Assembly (NCBI GenBank): GCA_965202585.1
Contig: OZ241826.1
Location: 21,948,001 to 22,012,000 of the forward strand
Direction of reading: 5' to 3'
Length of the DNA stretch: 64,000 nucleotides
Source: Thalia democratica
Taxonomy: Eukaryota
The notes below the pieces were generated by a model. The model saw only the letters and a program-made list of their open reading frames with translations. It made no database searches and was not told where the DNA came from. The position numbers and the translations under genes were made by a program. Positions 25,686-38,228 of the stretch are shown here, in pieces (position 1 is the first letter of the stretch; each line of letters starts with the position of its first letter).

Positions 25686-26906
25686 ATAAAAAATATTTTA
25701 ATTGTAGAATTAGAGCCCCAACGATCAATTTTGAAACAAATATTTTATTTTGATATCACTTTTTTAAAAAGAGAATTTTTAAAAAGTTGTTTTAGTTGTT
25801 TAAACTCTTAATAAGTTAGTTGAGTATTTCAAAAGATTTTTAAATAGTACTCTTTTAAGTTTGCACCTCTTAACTTTGTAAATTTTTAGTATTTGGCAGT
25901 ATTCTTTTTTAAACATAAAGAAAAATACACATATAAACTATTTTATAAAATATAAATTAAAGAACTTTTTTCAAACTATAGTTTGTTACTAAATATTTAC
26001 TAATATTTATATAAAACTAACTAATAAAAAAACTTTTTTTTATTGTAAATTATGAAAAAAGAGCTACGTTGCGAAGTGTTTTTTTTTTTACATTTTTATA
26101 TTAGCAAGCTGCTAAATGAAGAGCTGTAAACAAAGAAGTCTAGAAAAAATTGTAAATTTGTTTAATAGTTTGTAATTGTGTTTTTCAAAGAATTAGTTTG
26201 CATCTACTGATCAACGTGTTCAAAAGTTTATTAGAGTTAAAAATAAAAATATTGAACTCAATTTTTACTTTTTATATCCACTTTGAAACACTCTTTTTTT
26301 CTAATTAAGAAAAAATAAGTAGATTTCTTTTTGTACATACTATTAATAATAAAGGATTAATTAACTTTTATTTATGTTATTGAACAAAATGCTTTAATCG
26401 TTTTACGATACTTATTGTTTTATTTTCTATGTATTCCTAACTGTTGCTGCAATAAGTAATGTACATTTTATCTTGAAAATTTTGCAATATTTTAGTGTAC
26501 AAAACTGTCTTTGAACTTATTTTTGTTGCTGATGGTACTCTGAATCACAATTCGCTACTATAGATTTGTATATTTTGTAAGTAACGAACTTATTTTTATT
26601 TTATTGTTTTTTTCTAATAAATACACGTCTGTAACATCTAGAAATGATTTTTAATTTATAGCTAAATATATTTGCGGCTTGAAAACTGTTTATACAATAT
26701 TATAAAAATCTGTATTTAAACAAATCGGTACAATTTAATTAAAGTGTCATTAAGGTTCAGCATTAACTTTGCTTTCACGGAAGCTATGTATTCTGTATAC
26801 CATAAATTGAAATCTACTTTATCATTAATTGAAGTTATGAGATTAATAACCTCGGTTAAAAGTGAACAGAATTAAATTTATACTTTAAAAATCCATTTTT
26901 TTAGAT

Positions 26907-27112
26907 CAGAGTTTGCCAAAGTGGGTAATATTGGTATTAGGAGGCCATGAGGCAATCATCATACAAAATACTTTTGAGTTGATCATAAAAAGCAAAAAAA
27001 AAGGTCTTAAGCGTTTTTAATGGGAGTTTTACGAGAATTCTTGTTAGAGGGTGCCATAGATTTTTTTATTTCTTTAAAGGTTGCCTTATGAAAAAAAACT
27101 TGGCAATCCCTG
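26907..27112. mobile_element. hAT-type (Buster/Charlie-like) MITE, about 206 bp
   Basis: Ends CAGAGTTTGCCAAAG ... CTTGGCAATCCCTG (imperfect TIR resembling the CAGGG-type hAT ends); flanking 8-mers ttttagat / gtttaggt match 6/8 with central TA. Confidence 0.65.
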
Positions 27113-28423
27113 GTTTAGGTAAAATAAAAGGTTAAAACGTGCCTAAAATTTTATATAACATATTTATACTGGCAGCAAGATGCTTAATAATTATTAAATT
27201 TTGATCTAGTTATAACTTATTTACACCTCTGTTATACACAAACGTCTTAATGTGTTTTAACTGATATGTTGTGTAACAAGTAAGATATAAATGGAAAACG
27301 TACGACCGGCGACTTATTTTATTTAAAAAACAACTTTTGCAAAGTTAGGAACTTTCATTAAAAAATGTTTTAAAATGTGTTTTAAAATTGATGTGCAGTA
27401 CTTTCAATTACTTGTTAAAAAACAGTTTTTTTAAAGCGTTGTTTTAAGAAGTTAATTAGAAAGTATATAGTACATACATAGTTTGTAGTACTTTTTTGAG
27501 TTATGCGGCTCGCAAATACATTTCCTGATAAATTCGGTTCGGCTACTAAAACTGACTGTTAAAATGAGCGAAACTGACTTTTTAATTTTAAAGTTGTTTT
27601 GTTGCTAAGAAGATAATGTTGCTATGCATCATAATAAATATAAAATAATGTGATTATGCATATTTTAAATTTTTATATGGTTTAGTCTACTAGCTCTTTT
27701 AAATTTCAAATATTGAATACACTTTTTTTATAAGATTTATAAACTAAAGCTTTATTATTACAATTTAAGACAACTCAACAAAAAGCCAAAGTAAAGATTG
27801 ATGAAACGATAAAGAATGACCACATTGAAATTAAATTTAGCAAAACTGTTTTTATTTTTACTAACTACAAATTATGTTTAAAAACTTCTAAAACAGGCTT
27901 ACAAAGGCTTATCCCTATAACAATATGCTTTGTAGCACATAGTAAGGTTTACTTATTAATCTGGTTCAAGACTATATTGAACAAACAATTAGTTTTAGAC
28001 TCTAGTTCTTTACATAGAAAATACATAAGTTACAGCTAAAATATTACACTTAAGTTTTACAACTTCTGCTTACTTAGAACTGTCCAGCATAATAAACAGA
28101 GATGAATACTTTTAGCTAAAAGTCTAGAAAAAAAATACTTTGATTTAAATCACTTATGTCTCACTTTAAATACTAGGAAAGTTACAATTAAAAAAAAAAT
28201 TGTAGCTTTTTGTTCAACTTGAAAAACTAAAGTCAAAAGCAACTTATACAAAATTTTACAGTAGTAAAAAATACAAACATAAGGTTTTATTTAAAAAAAT
28301 AAAAATTAAAAGCAACTTATACAAAGTTTTACACAGGTTTACTGCTGTCTTAATTTTAAAACAAACTGTACAGATCTATCTTTTGTGTTGTTTCAGTTTT
28401 TTAAATTTTGTCGTTGTTTCTGA

Positions 28424-29182
28424 TTAGTTCCGGTGGCGCCTTTCCGGTTCACTGCTCTTGCAGCACTTTCTCAAACAGGACACGACGGCGCACAAGATGG
28501 AAATGCATATCATCACCGCCCCGCCAATGGTCAGCAACGAATAATCCTGTATGTACTTTAATATCCTGTCGGCTATGTTCTTCACCACATCGGTCGATTG
28601 GCAGCAAGTACCTGGTTATTAAAAAATATATATAACATATATGTGATTATAAAAATATCATCCTGTACTGGAAATGTCACTAAACTGTTCTGGTGTACGA
28701 GTCGATAACAAAAATGTTTTTTCGTACACCAGGTCCTTGAACCAAACTTTTTGAGCGTATTTTTAGTCGTTCATTAAACAATTCTATAGCTTAAAAAAAT
28801 AAACAAAAAGAAACGGTTAAATCATAACTCTTTGTCTGTGCGATCGACACAACAACTTTAAAATTTTGTAAACAAAATTTGAACAAACAGCTTTTTAACT
28901 TTGATTAATGCTTTCCTTTTTTTTTAAATGTTAAAAAATTCTACCTTCCGGGCAGCAATATACATTGTCGCTGCATTTTTCCCCGCAACTTCCGGTCGAT
29001 TCGGAGCAAAAATACTCTTCGGTGGTCGCGTTGGTTTGGCAGTTGTAAGCTACCGCCTTCGTTTTTGTTTCCGAGCCCGGAATTTTTATCTTGATCTCGT
29101 CGACATTATCGTTTGTCTCGTTTTGGCATCTGATGTTGGATGCTTTGAAAAGCAGCAAAAGTACAACAATTTTAACGATCAT
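28424..29182 (-). CDS. Single-pass type I membrane protein with Cys-rich ectodomain, Shisa-like/STMC6 (WBP1/VOPP1/TMEM92-type) pattern; 141 aa, 2 exons
   Basis: Exon 1 29182-28945 (MIVKIVVLLLLFKASNIRC...CQTNATTEEYFCSESTGSCGEKCSDNVYCCPE; donor gtagaa). Exon 2 28611-28424 (GTCCQSTDVVKNIADRILKYIQDYSLLTIGGAVMICISILCAVVSCLRKCCKSSEPERRHRN*; acceptor taaccag). Signal peptide, C..C..CC..CC, TM, post-TM Cys cluster. Confidence 0.8.
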
Positions 29183-30873
29183 GTTTCAAACAGTATCTTG
29201 CGCGAATTTACAATGAATGGTAATTTTCGTTGATTTTAAATAAGATAGTTGCTAGGTAGTAAAAATTTAAATATGCAAAGCAAAGCATACTAATAAGTAA
29301 ACGGAAGATTTCTAAAACATAATTAAGAAAAGTCGGAATAATATTTACCCGCCTTATTTTTGCCGTAAAAGCGAAAATTTAATGAACGAAACGTTAAAAT
29401 CCATGTAGACCATACAGAGTAGGGTGGCCGTAAAAGATTAATGGTCAAAAAAGATATTTTCGAAAACTTAGAGGAATTTAAATATGGAACGTTTTCCATA
29501 AACGTTGTGTTGTAGATGCGTTTAAACTTTTCTAAAACTGACTAAACCGTAGTAAAAAGTTTTAATTAATTAGTTCTAAAAAAATACTAAAAAAAAAAAT
29601 TAAAGGTATTAAGTAAGAGCTAATTTTACAAAAGTCTTTGATATTAGTTTTTAATCATTAAAATACCTAAAATTTAGGGTCTTTAAAATATAAAATTGTA
29701 ACTTGTATTAAATTAAACGATTTAAAGTTCTCGACTTAAATGTATAATTTATGCAAATATAGGAAAAAAGTTCTTACTTTCTCCTATATGCAAATACAGG
29801 AGTGAAACATTGTTTTGTTAGTAATAAACTGTTAAAATAAATATTGGATATAAAATATGTTAAAATGTTTTTTAATAAATTGAAATATAAATACTTCAAC
29901 CGTTCAACACAGTTTTAACTTAATTAAAAACATGTTTGATGTAAATGTTTATGTTTTGTTTCAAAAGTTTTTTTAGACTACCTCTTAAACTAGTAATTTT
30001 TTACACACGAAGAGTATTGTATAAAATTTTAGACAAAGATTTTTTAAGTTAAAACCAATGGCTGTTGACAGCCTAACTATCAAAGCTTCGCTTTGGTCAT
30101 GTCGACCTTTTGCCATTTTGCTAATGCTTACTTTTTTCTTAATTGCTTACTTAGCAAGTTAACATTTTGAGTCTACAGTGGAAACATCTTTACTCTTATA
30201 ACTGCAGCTCATGAACCAACTTAAAACAAAAGAATTGTATTCTTTTTGTTAAGTAGAAGAACAGAGGAAAAACAAAACAAAACTTTTGTTTACAAAATTT
30301 AGATTAAATGATGATCAAGCTTTAAAAACAATCAATAAAACACCGACTATTTTTAAAGTTTGTACTAAAACTTTAAAAAAATAATCTTAGGGTATTTTAA
30401 ACATCAACATTTGTATTGTAAACTTTTAAAACTTGCTAACATTAACCCAAAAATTGCATTTTTAACCAAAAAAAATCCATAGAACAGGACTAGCAACAAA
30501 TGTTGTGAGAGTTTCAAAGCGATTTATGACAACTTCATAACTGTTTAAAGAATGAAAAAAAAATCAAGGTAAAGTTTTATTACAAGTTAACAAAAATTAA
30601 AAATACTTTAAAAGTAAAGATAAAATTGGTTTGCTTTGTCTCTAATAAATACTTTTATACAGTCTAATTATTTGACAACAAGGTATTAAACATTTTAAAG
30701 CACACTTTAGTTTTTTTTTAGTAGTTATGATTTTATTAAAACAAAAAAGTGTTTGAAATGTATCCAATTACAAAATACTTTTCTAATAAAAAAATATTTT
30801 AGTTCATGAACATATATTTTTTTTATCATCATTACTATTAGGTGTTTAAGTGTTTGTGTAAACTCATTTTGCT

Positions 30874-30953
30874 TTTTTGACCTTTAGCACAGCGAAGCAT
30901 AGTCAACAGACTAATAGGAAACTGTTGATTGATACTAAAAACAATTAACTTTG
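30874..30953 (+). promoter_or_regulatory. Conserved upstream element of subtype-A genes with an inverted heptamer TCAACAG-N12-CTGTTGA
   Basis: Intact palindrome at 30903-30928, 34468-34493 and 34714-34739; decayed versions near 45985-46015 and 51750-51776. An adjacent TGACCT is kept upstream of A1, A3 and A4. About 310-340 bp upstream of each A ATG (the 34468 copy is an extra duplicate). Confidence 0.45.
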
Positions 30954-31240
30954 TTACCCTATCCAAATGCTATTAGTTCTCAGTTAAAAAACAACTAAAA
31001 AAGGTAGCAAAAAAAATTAACTGGTTGGAACTAATGAATTGATTTGAAATGAAAATATTATAGCTAACGTGCTTTGTTGCATTATTTATTTTTGTCAATT
31101 TTTGACCTTTAGTATGACTTAAAAAATCAAAAAAGTAAATAGGAAGTTACTTATTTTATAATATTATTTTTCAAACAGTGCTATAAAACTTGTTTAAAAG
31201 ACAATAAAGGCAGTAAACTGAATATTTCACTTTCTTCAAA

Positions 31241-31702
31241 ATGAAAGTGCTAATCATCGCATGCATCCTCGCATCCTCGCTAATCCGAACCGACGGACTG
31301 TTGAAGTGCAGCAAGTGCTACGACACGCATTACTACTACTACGACTCCACCGTACGCGACGAATAAGACCGAATCGACGATTGTGAGGACGCGAAAGTCA
31401 CTGGGTGCAGGAAAGGTTACTGCATCACTTACGAGCTTGACTCGTGCGAAGGTCCTCGCTGCCACGAAAGAGACTGCGACTATCACGAGTTGTGCAAATC
31501 TGTTGGGATTGGGAGTCGAGAAATTAGACACCCGTTGTGGGAGGAAAGGGTCACCGTACATTGTTGTAAGGGCGACATGTGTAACGATCAGGAAAAATTT
31601 TCCATGAACGCTGGAGTATCAGTGAGAAGGAACAAAAACTTATATCAGAAGTGTTTGTTTTGTGTTTTTGTTTTAAAGGTTATAACAAAACTTTTTGTTT
31701 AG
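31241..31702 (+). pseudogene. LU/three-finger gene, subtype A copy 1 (A1): intronless, intact frame except one premature TAA
   Basis: MKVLIIACILASSLIRTDGLLKCSKCYDTHYYYYDSTVRDE*DRIDDCEDAKVTGCRKGYCITYELDSCEGPRCHERDCDYHELCKSVG...HCCKGDMCNDQEKF...FCVFVLKVITKLFV*. TAA at 31364-31366; all 12 LU Cys retained. Confidence 0.85.
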
Positions 31703-34700
31703 TTTTAAAAAAAATTTTTATTGTGAACTTTCGTTTTAACATAATTAATTTTCAAGATTAACAACATTTTTTAATATATTTTGGCATAGTTTTACTACAT
31801 AATTTTACTAGAGCTAGCTTTTTGTAAGATCTATAACTAAAAGTACAAAAATTGATAAATTATGGTAAAAAAAAAAACATTCATAAAAGTTTCAAAGTTT
31901 AAATAACACGATAAACCTAGCATACAAACTAAGAAAAATTTGCAAAAAAGTTTTTTTTACTGTAGGAAATTAATGTATAACATTTTGCTATTATTATTTT
32001 ATATATTGAACAAACAATTTTTTTCAAAGCTTTAAATTTTATTATTTGAAGAAATTTATTCTTAGTTCTAGCTATTTTTTATGTCAGTTTATTGAAACTA
32101 ATATATAATTTTAATAATAAGCTGTCAAGTTATAATCATTCATTTAATCTTTTTATTTTCTATAATTATAATGAATTTAAAAACCATGAAGAACTAAAAC
32201 AAACTAAACTATGTTGAAACTAAATAAAATGTTGAACTAGGTTTTACATGACTTAGATATTGCACTTTAATTTAAACTATATTTTTTAATTTTATTGGAT
32301 CGAGCTTTTGTTTTGCTTATTTTATGTAGTTTATATTTTCATTAGAAAATTTAAGACTGCGTTTATGACACAAAACTATTTTGGTATGTACTATGTGTTA
32401 TGTAAATAGTTGAACATTGAAAAAAAAAAAGATAATAACTAGTTTTATCTTAAATAGAATCATACTGAAAACACAAACTTCATCTTATTAAAAAAGCAAA
32501 AATATTAGTTAAAAACAACACTGAAAACTTCTAAGTTATTTTTTTTTATATGTTTATTTAGCTGAATATGTTTACATGTGCAAAGAGATGACTGTTCCAA
32601 GTATTTTTCTTTATTTTATCATGAATTTGCATTTAATATACTGTCAAAAACGTTTCGAACTTACCATCAAAGTAAAAATAAAATCTTTATGAATAAAGTT
32701 TAAAAAGACAGCAGTAAAATAAAAATTTAAAAAAATAAAAGCAAACATATATAGGTTACTGATCAGCTTAAAGAAGCATGTAGTTAAAAAGTTCATACAA
32801 TTAAAAACAACGATTTTAATATCATTAGATTTTGCGAGACAATTTTATGCTTGTTTTTTTAATGCTTTAATACTAGTTAAAAATAAAAATAAAAATAAAG
32901 AACATTTTGAAAATTTACTTCTTAACTTCAATCTATAAACTTGTAGTTATCTTATTATCTTATAAGTAAATAGTTATCTTACTTGGTCTAATCTGTAATA
33001 GTATAAACAAAACTTATTAATGAAATTAATAAATTATTTTTGATTGCATGTTTTATTTTTCTTAGAATTTATTAAGATAAATTTGGAAAAATTTATTCTT
33101 TATAGAAAACTTTGGCATTAAAAACCGAAATTTGTTTTAATTTACGTAAATAACCTAAACTAGTGTAGTTTTTAGATTTTCACCAATTTGTTATAATTTG
33201 TTTTCTGTTTTACTAAAATAATCTCAGAACAATTTTTTCAATGCTTTTAAAGTAGACTTTAGTATTTAATAAGTATAAAAAAGTTTTAACTTAAGATAAA
33301 TATTCTAAATTAGGTCTATTACTCAAATGTTCTAAAAGAACAAAAAATAATTAAGTTTGTTAGGAAAAGATAAAAATCTTAAATAACCTTTCATAATTTT
33401 AAACCACTATTTTTTTACATTTCGACTAATTTACTTTACGCTTAAGGCTGACCGAATGGTATCAAAACCTTTATAAAAAGTTAAATAAATAGTAAACTGT
33501 TTGAACTAATATTGAAAATTTTTGTTTATTTTGGTGTAAATATACACGGTTTTAAAAAATGCAAGCTCTTTGATTTTAGACCCTTAGTACAACTGAGATT
33601 GAAGAAGCACATTATTACAGGAAATTGTTAAATTTAGTTACTAAACAATTTATCCTTTATTTTCGAATAGTGCTATAAGCTGTAAGTAATTAAAAATTAA
33701 GATAATTTTTGACGGGGTCCTTACTCTTACAACAACGGAAATAAAAGAAATAGAGTAGTTAAGTTATTTTTTATTAAGTAAATTAATTTAGGAAAAAATC
33801 AACAAAGTTTTGCTTTAAAACTGCCTCAAAATTTGAGTTGTATGAGTGTTAAACTTTTAAAATTCTTGTTGATAAATTAATTCTTAATAAAACAAGTAAG
33901 AAAATGTGGTAACAAAAAAAAAACAAAAATAGAAAAGGTTTTAAAATTAACTATTTGCCATAACAAACACAAAAACTGTAGTTTTTAATGTAAAATTTGT
34001 TCTTTATAGCAAGAACAAAACTAACATCAAACATTACGAGAAGTTAAAACCTGTTTTATTTTAACATATATAGCTATTATCTTTAATTAAACATTTTATT
34101 ACTATTTAAAAAATAAATAAAAAATTATTAACAGTTTAGAATTTATCTTCATATGTAATTGTTGAGAAATTAAAAAAAAAGAGTTTTTTTCGCTAAGCTT
34201 ATGATAAATATTAGTTTACAATTTTTTATCATTCTTTGTTTGAAAACAAGGTTATGAGCATTTCTAAAGCACGTTAGATAAGTAGGTTTAAGTTTTTATA
34301 GCACTAAAAAGTGTATAAGATGCATCTATTTACTAAAATAATATTTGTTAAGTATATAGCTACTTTATTCTATGAATTGTGTTTTTTTGCAATCATGTTT
34401 ACTAGAAGGCCTTCAAAATTTAGTAAAATTTAGTTAGTTTTTTAACCTTTTGCACAGGAAAACATAGTCAACAGACTTATAGAAAACTGTTGATTGATGC
34501 TAAAAACAGCACCTTCAATGATTCTTTTATATTGAATTTATTGATTTATAGATAAAAAGTGTATATAAAGCATTTGTTTACTAAAATATTTTTTGATTAA
34601 AAAAAAAACTATTAAGGTTCATGAATAGGTTGCAATCACGTTTACTACCAGATGCTTAAGTTTTGTTATGCAAATTTACTTAGTTTTGTGATTTTTAGCA

Positions 34701-35045
34701 TAGCTAAACGTAGTCAACAGACTAATAGGAAACTGTTGATTGATACTAAAAACAATTAACTTTGTTATTCTCTTAAAATGCTATTAGTTTTCAGAAAAAA
34801 AAAGGCAGCAAAATAAACTAAGTAATTGATTATACTGACTTTATTCAAAATAAAAACATTACAGCTAATGTGCTTTGTTTCATTATATATTTCTGTTAGT
34901 TATTGCTATTTAGTATGACTTAAAAATTGATAAAAGTAAATAGTGAGTAGTTTATTAAAACAGTGCTTTAAGACTTAGGAGGTTTCAAAAACAATAAAAG
35001 GCAGCAAATATAAATAATAAACTAAAACATTTCACTTAGTTCAAA

Positions 35046-35393
35046 ATGAAAATGCTAATCTTTATATGTATCCTTGTTTGTTAACTAATCTGAACAGATT
35101 GATTAAGATGCAGGGAAATGCGACAGCAAACACAATTTGTGCTACAAAACAACTCAGAAAGCTCGAACGATGCTTCTGAAGACTCGAGCATCGTTCACAA
35201 CGGTGACTTTTGCATCACGTTGCAGTTTGGTTCGAGTAAAGACTACGACTATCACGAACTGTGCAAATCTGTTGAAACTGGCCAAACTAGACACCCGTCG
35301 TGGGAGGGAAAGGTTATTAAACATTGTTGTAAGGCCGATATGTGTAATGACCGAGACAATTTCTCAGTTAATACTAGTATAGCAGTTAGTTAG
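35046..35393 (+). pseudogene. LU/three-finger subtype A copy 2 (A2), decayed
   Basis: ATG 35046; three in-frame stops in the signal-peptide region (taa, tga, tga); loop II deletion and lost Cys; still shows HELCKSV..HPSWEG..HCCKADMCND. Confidence 0.88.
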
Positions 35394-36184
35394 AATAAAT
35401 AATTAAATCAGAAGTGTTCGTTTTACGTTTTTTAAAGGTTATACCAATACCGTTTGTCTGATTTTAAAAATATGTGTATTGTAAATGTTGTTACAACCAC
35501 TTCTAAACTTTCATTAAACAAAATTATAATATCTAGGATTTATATTTTTTTTTATCACATTTTATCACAATTTATACATTTTTTTTTCGTTAGGGTAGGT
35601 TTTTATAACATCAATAGCTAAAACTTACACATAAAAACTGTACTAAAATATGTCTTTTTAAAATTTTAAAAAGCAATTTTACGTCTATAGTGTTTTTACT
35701 ACTATAACATTTTATGAACTAACTAAAAATTTGTTTTTTTAAGAATTAGTTGTTTTAGAATTGTAGTCAAAACTAGATGTCCACAGTCTTAAAAATTAAA
35801 GGCAAACTTTAATAAAAAGATAATTGTAGGCCTCATTTACTTACAAGAAAAAAATTTAGTAAATAAATGATTCTCATTTTAATACAAAACAAAACGAACT
35901 GTTTAAGTAATTTTAGTTTTAAAATTTTAATAAATATAGATAAAAAAATTAACATTTCTTAATACTTTAGAAGATAAATTAGTTCTGTTTAATAAGATTT
36001 TTTAAGTTTTACCCAAAGCAAAAATAAAACAATTTAACAAAGCAATAGGAAACTAATCGTTTGTGACTATAACAACTAGCTTGTTCTCCGAATAGTGCTA
36101 TTAGCAATAAGAGAATAGAAGTAAAAAGGAGCGAAGACTAATAGAAAACCGTTTAGAACAACCTAAATTTTATTTCCATTCAAA

Positions 36185-36628
36185 ATGAAGGTGCTACTAT
36201 CTGTATTCACATTAGTTTTTTTGATAAACGCAAAAGAAGGGCTAAGATGCCGAAAATGCAACGACGCTAATCATTTCTATGATATAGAAACTTGTGACGA
36301 AACTAACAATAAGACCGCTCGGTGGTGCGGCAGCAGTTATAAATTCTGTGTAACTTACATGTTTGAATGCGAAACAGATTCTGGCTGTTATGAAAAAGAC
36401 TGCGATTACTTCCACTTGTGTAAGTCTGTTGGAACTTTTAAAACTTCGCACCCATTTTTGTCTAAGAACATCACAGTTAGCTGTTGTCGTGGTGATATGT
36501 GCAATGACCTGAAGGAAGAAATTTTGCTCGTAAGCGCTGGTAAATCAGTAGGTTTTAAAAACATATCAAATCACATTCGTGCATATTATGTTGTGTTTCC
36601 AGTGGTTGTAGCATTACTGTTTGCTTAA
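36185..36628 (+). CDS. Ly6/uPAR (three-finger) protein, subtype B copy 1 (B1), 147 aa, predicted GPI-anchored, intronless
   Basis: Signal peptide; 12 Cys ending in CCRGDMCN; small-residue site (SAG), spacer and hydrophobic C-terminus YYVVFPVVVALLFA with no cytosolic tail. Confidence 0.93.
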   Translation: MKVLLSVFTLVFLINAKEGLRCRKCNDANHFYDIETCDETNNKTARWCGSSYKFCVTYMFECETDSGCYEKDCDYFHLCKSVGTFKTSHPFLSKNITVSCCRGDMCNDLKEEILLVSAGKSVGFKNISNHIRAYYVVFPVVVALLFA

Positions 36629-38228
36629 GTTTACTTTGTTATGTTTTCATTATGTGTTAAGACCAGTTACAAACAATTAATTTTATACTTAATAAAGATT
36701 TAATAACAATTAAAAGCAGCCTTGTTTTACTATATGTTTTTTACGCTTTTACGATAGATTTTTTGATAGCCTTCCTTAGGACTAAAACGAATAGTTTTTC
36801 GCTTAGGCTGCCCATTTTAGCTGTTTACTTAAAGTTTAGTTAGATTTTTTAGAATATAATTGATAATAAATGTATCAGTGTGTTTAGCGTATAATTACAT
36901 AAAGTAGCTATGGTCGTTTAAATATAATAAACTATAAGTTTATTATCGCTAACGTTTATTATCATGAAACTAAAACTAAATAAACTGTCATAATCAATAT
37001 CAAAATATAACCAAGTTTTTTAGTATAGCTTTAATATTATTTTTTCTCCATATTTAACAAAGTTTTCTACATTTATTTTTGCCATCATAATAATTGTCAA
37101 TTGCTTCCGTTCGCACTTAAATGTTTTATTAGATAGTTTCAAAATCGTCTTGCAATCGAAATTTAATGAATTTTTTATATTTTAAAAAGCTTTTCTAATT
37201 GTGGGCTGAGTAAAAAAATTAAACGTTTTAATAAACCAGTAGGTCAGAAAAAAACAATATTTTAGAATTAAAACTATTTCACACACTAACATGCAAATTT
37301 GTTTAAAGTTTTGATAATTTCTAGTAAAGAAATTTATCTTACTATTCCTATTTTCTATTTCGCTTCATTTTTTTAACTTAAATAGAAATATAAGAATAAA
37401 TTTTCAAGTTATCTTTATTCGTATAGTTGCATTCTATATTTAAAGTAATATAACTTTTAAGGTGAACTAAGAATAATTATATGCTAATTTAGTTTTACAT
37501 GTCTTTGAGATGGTTTTTAATAATCACTAGTATTATGAAACTTATGGACATTAACATTTGTTTTAGCTTATTTAATTGAATTTTAATTATAAAAAGTTTG
37601 AGTTTATGTTTATAATAGAAAACTATTTGTATATTTGAAGAAAAAATAACAGAACACTTTTTGTTTTAAAATAATAACAATAAAAACAGCTATACTTTCT
37701 TTTTTTCAAACTAGCAACAATACTAATTAAAAATATTTGTACAATGGAACAGTTGTTATACAATACTGTTATTTTTGAATGTTTTATGTAAGTTTATTTT
37801 AGTTGCATACTTTATGTTTTAATGAAAGTTAAACTTTTTTAAATTTTATTGAATATTTAAACTAGTATTTATTTTTAAATTTGTTGAATTACGACCATAT
37901 AGTGTAGAGGTCCTAATGACTGCTTTAAAAACTGTTTAAGTAAAACGTTGAAAGAACTTAACACCTTACCAATGCATTTAAAATAAAACTTCCATTCTGT
38001 TTTTTTAGTTGTTTAGTTTATTTGACTCAATATGTTAAGTATTGTAAGAGTATTAGCACTTTAAGTATGTTCCCTTTTTTTGTTTAACAACTTGTGTTCA
38101 ATTATGTTGTCAAAAAACAGTTTAAGCTCACTAAATATTTTTAATAAACCAAAATTCCATTTGTATATAGTTAAAATAAAAAATACAAAATAACAAACTT
38201 ACATAGTACATTTTTTATTAAACTAACA

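Noticed and set aside
27500-27560. GC patch tgcggctcgc...cggttcggct resembling hAT MITE internal sequence
   Set aside because: No identifiable termini or target duplication.
28928-29233. 101-aa plus-strand ORF, and 28408..28635
   Set aside because: Antisense shadows of the two exons of the Shisa-like gene.
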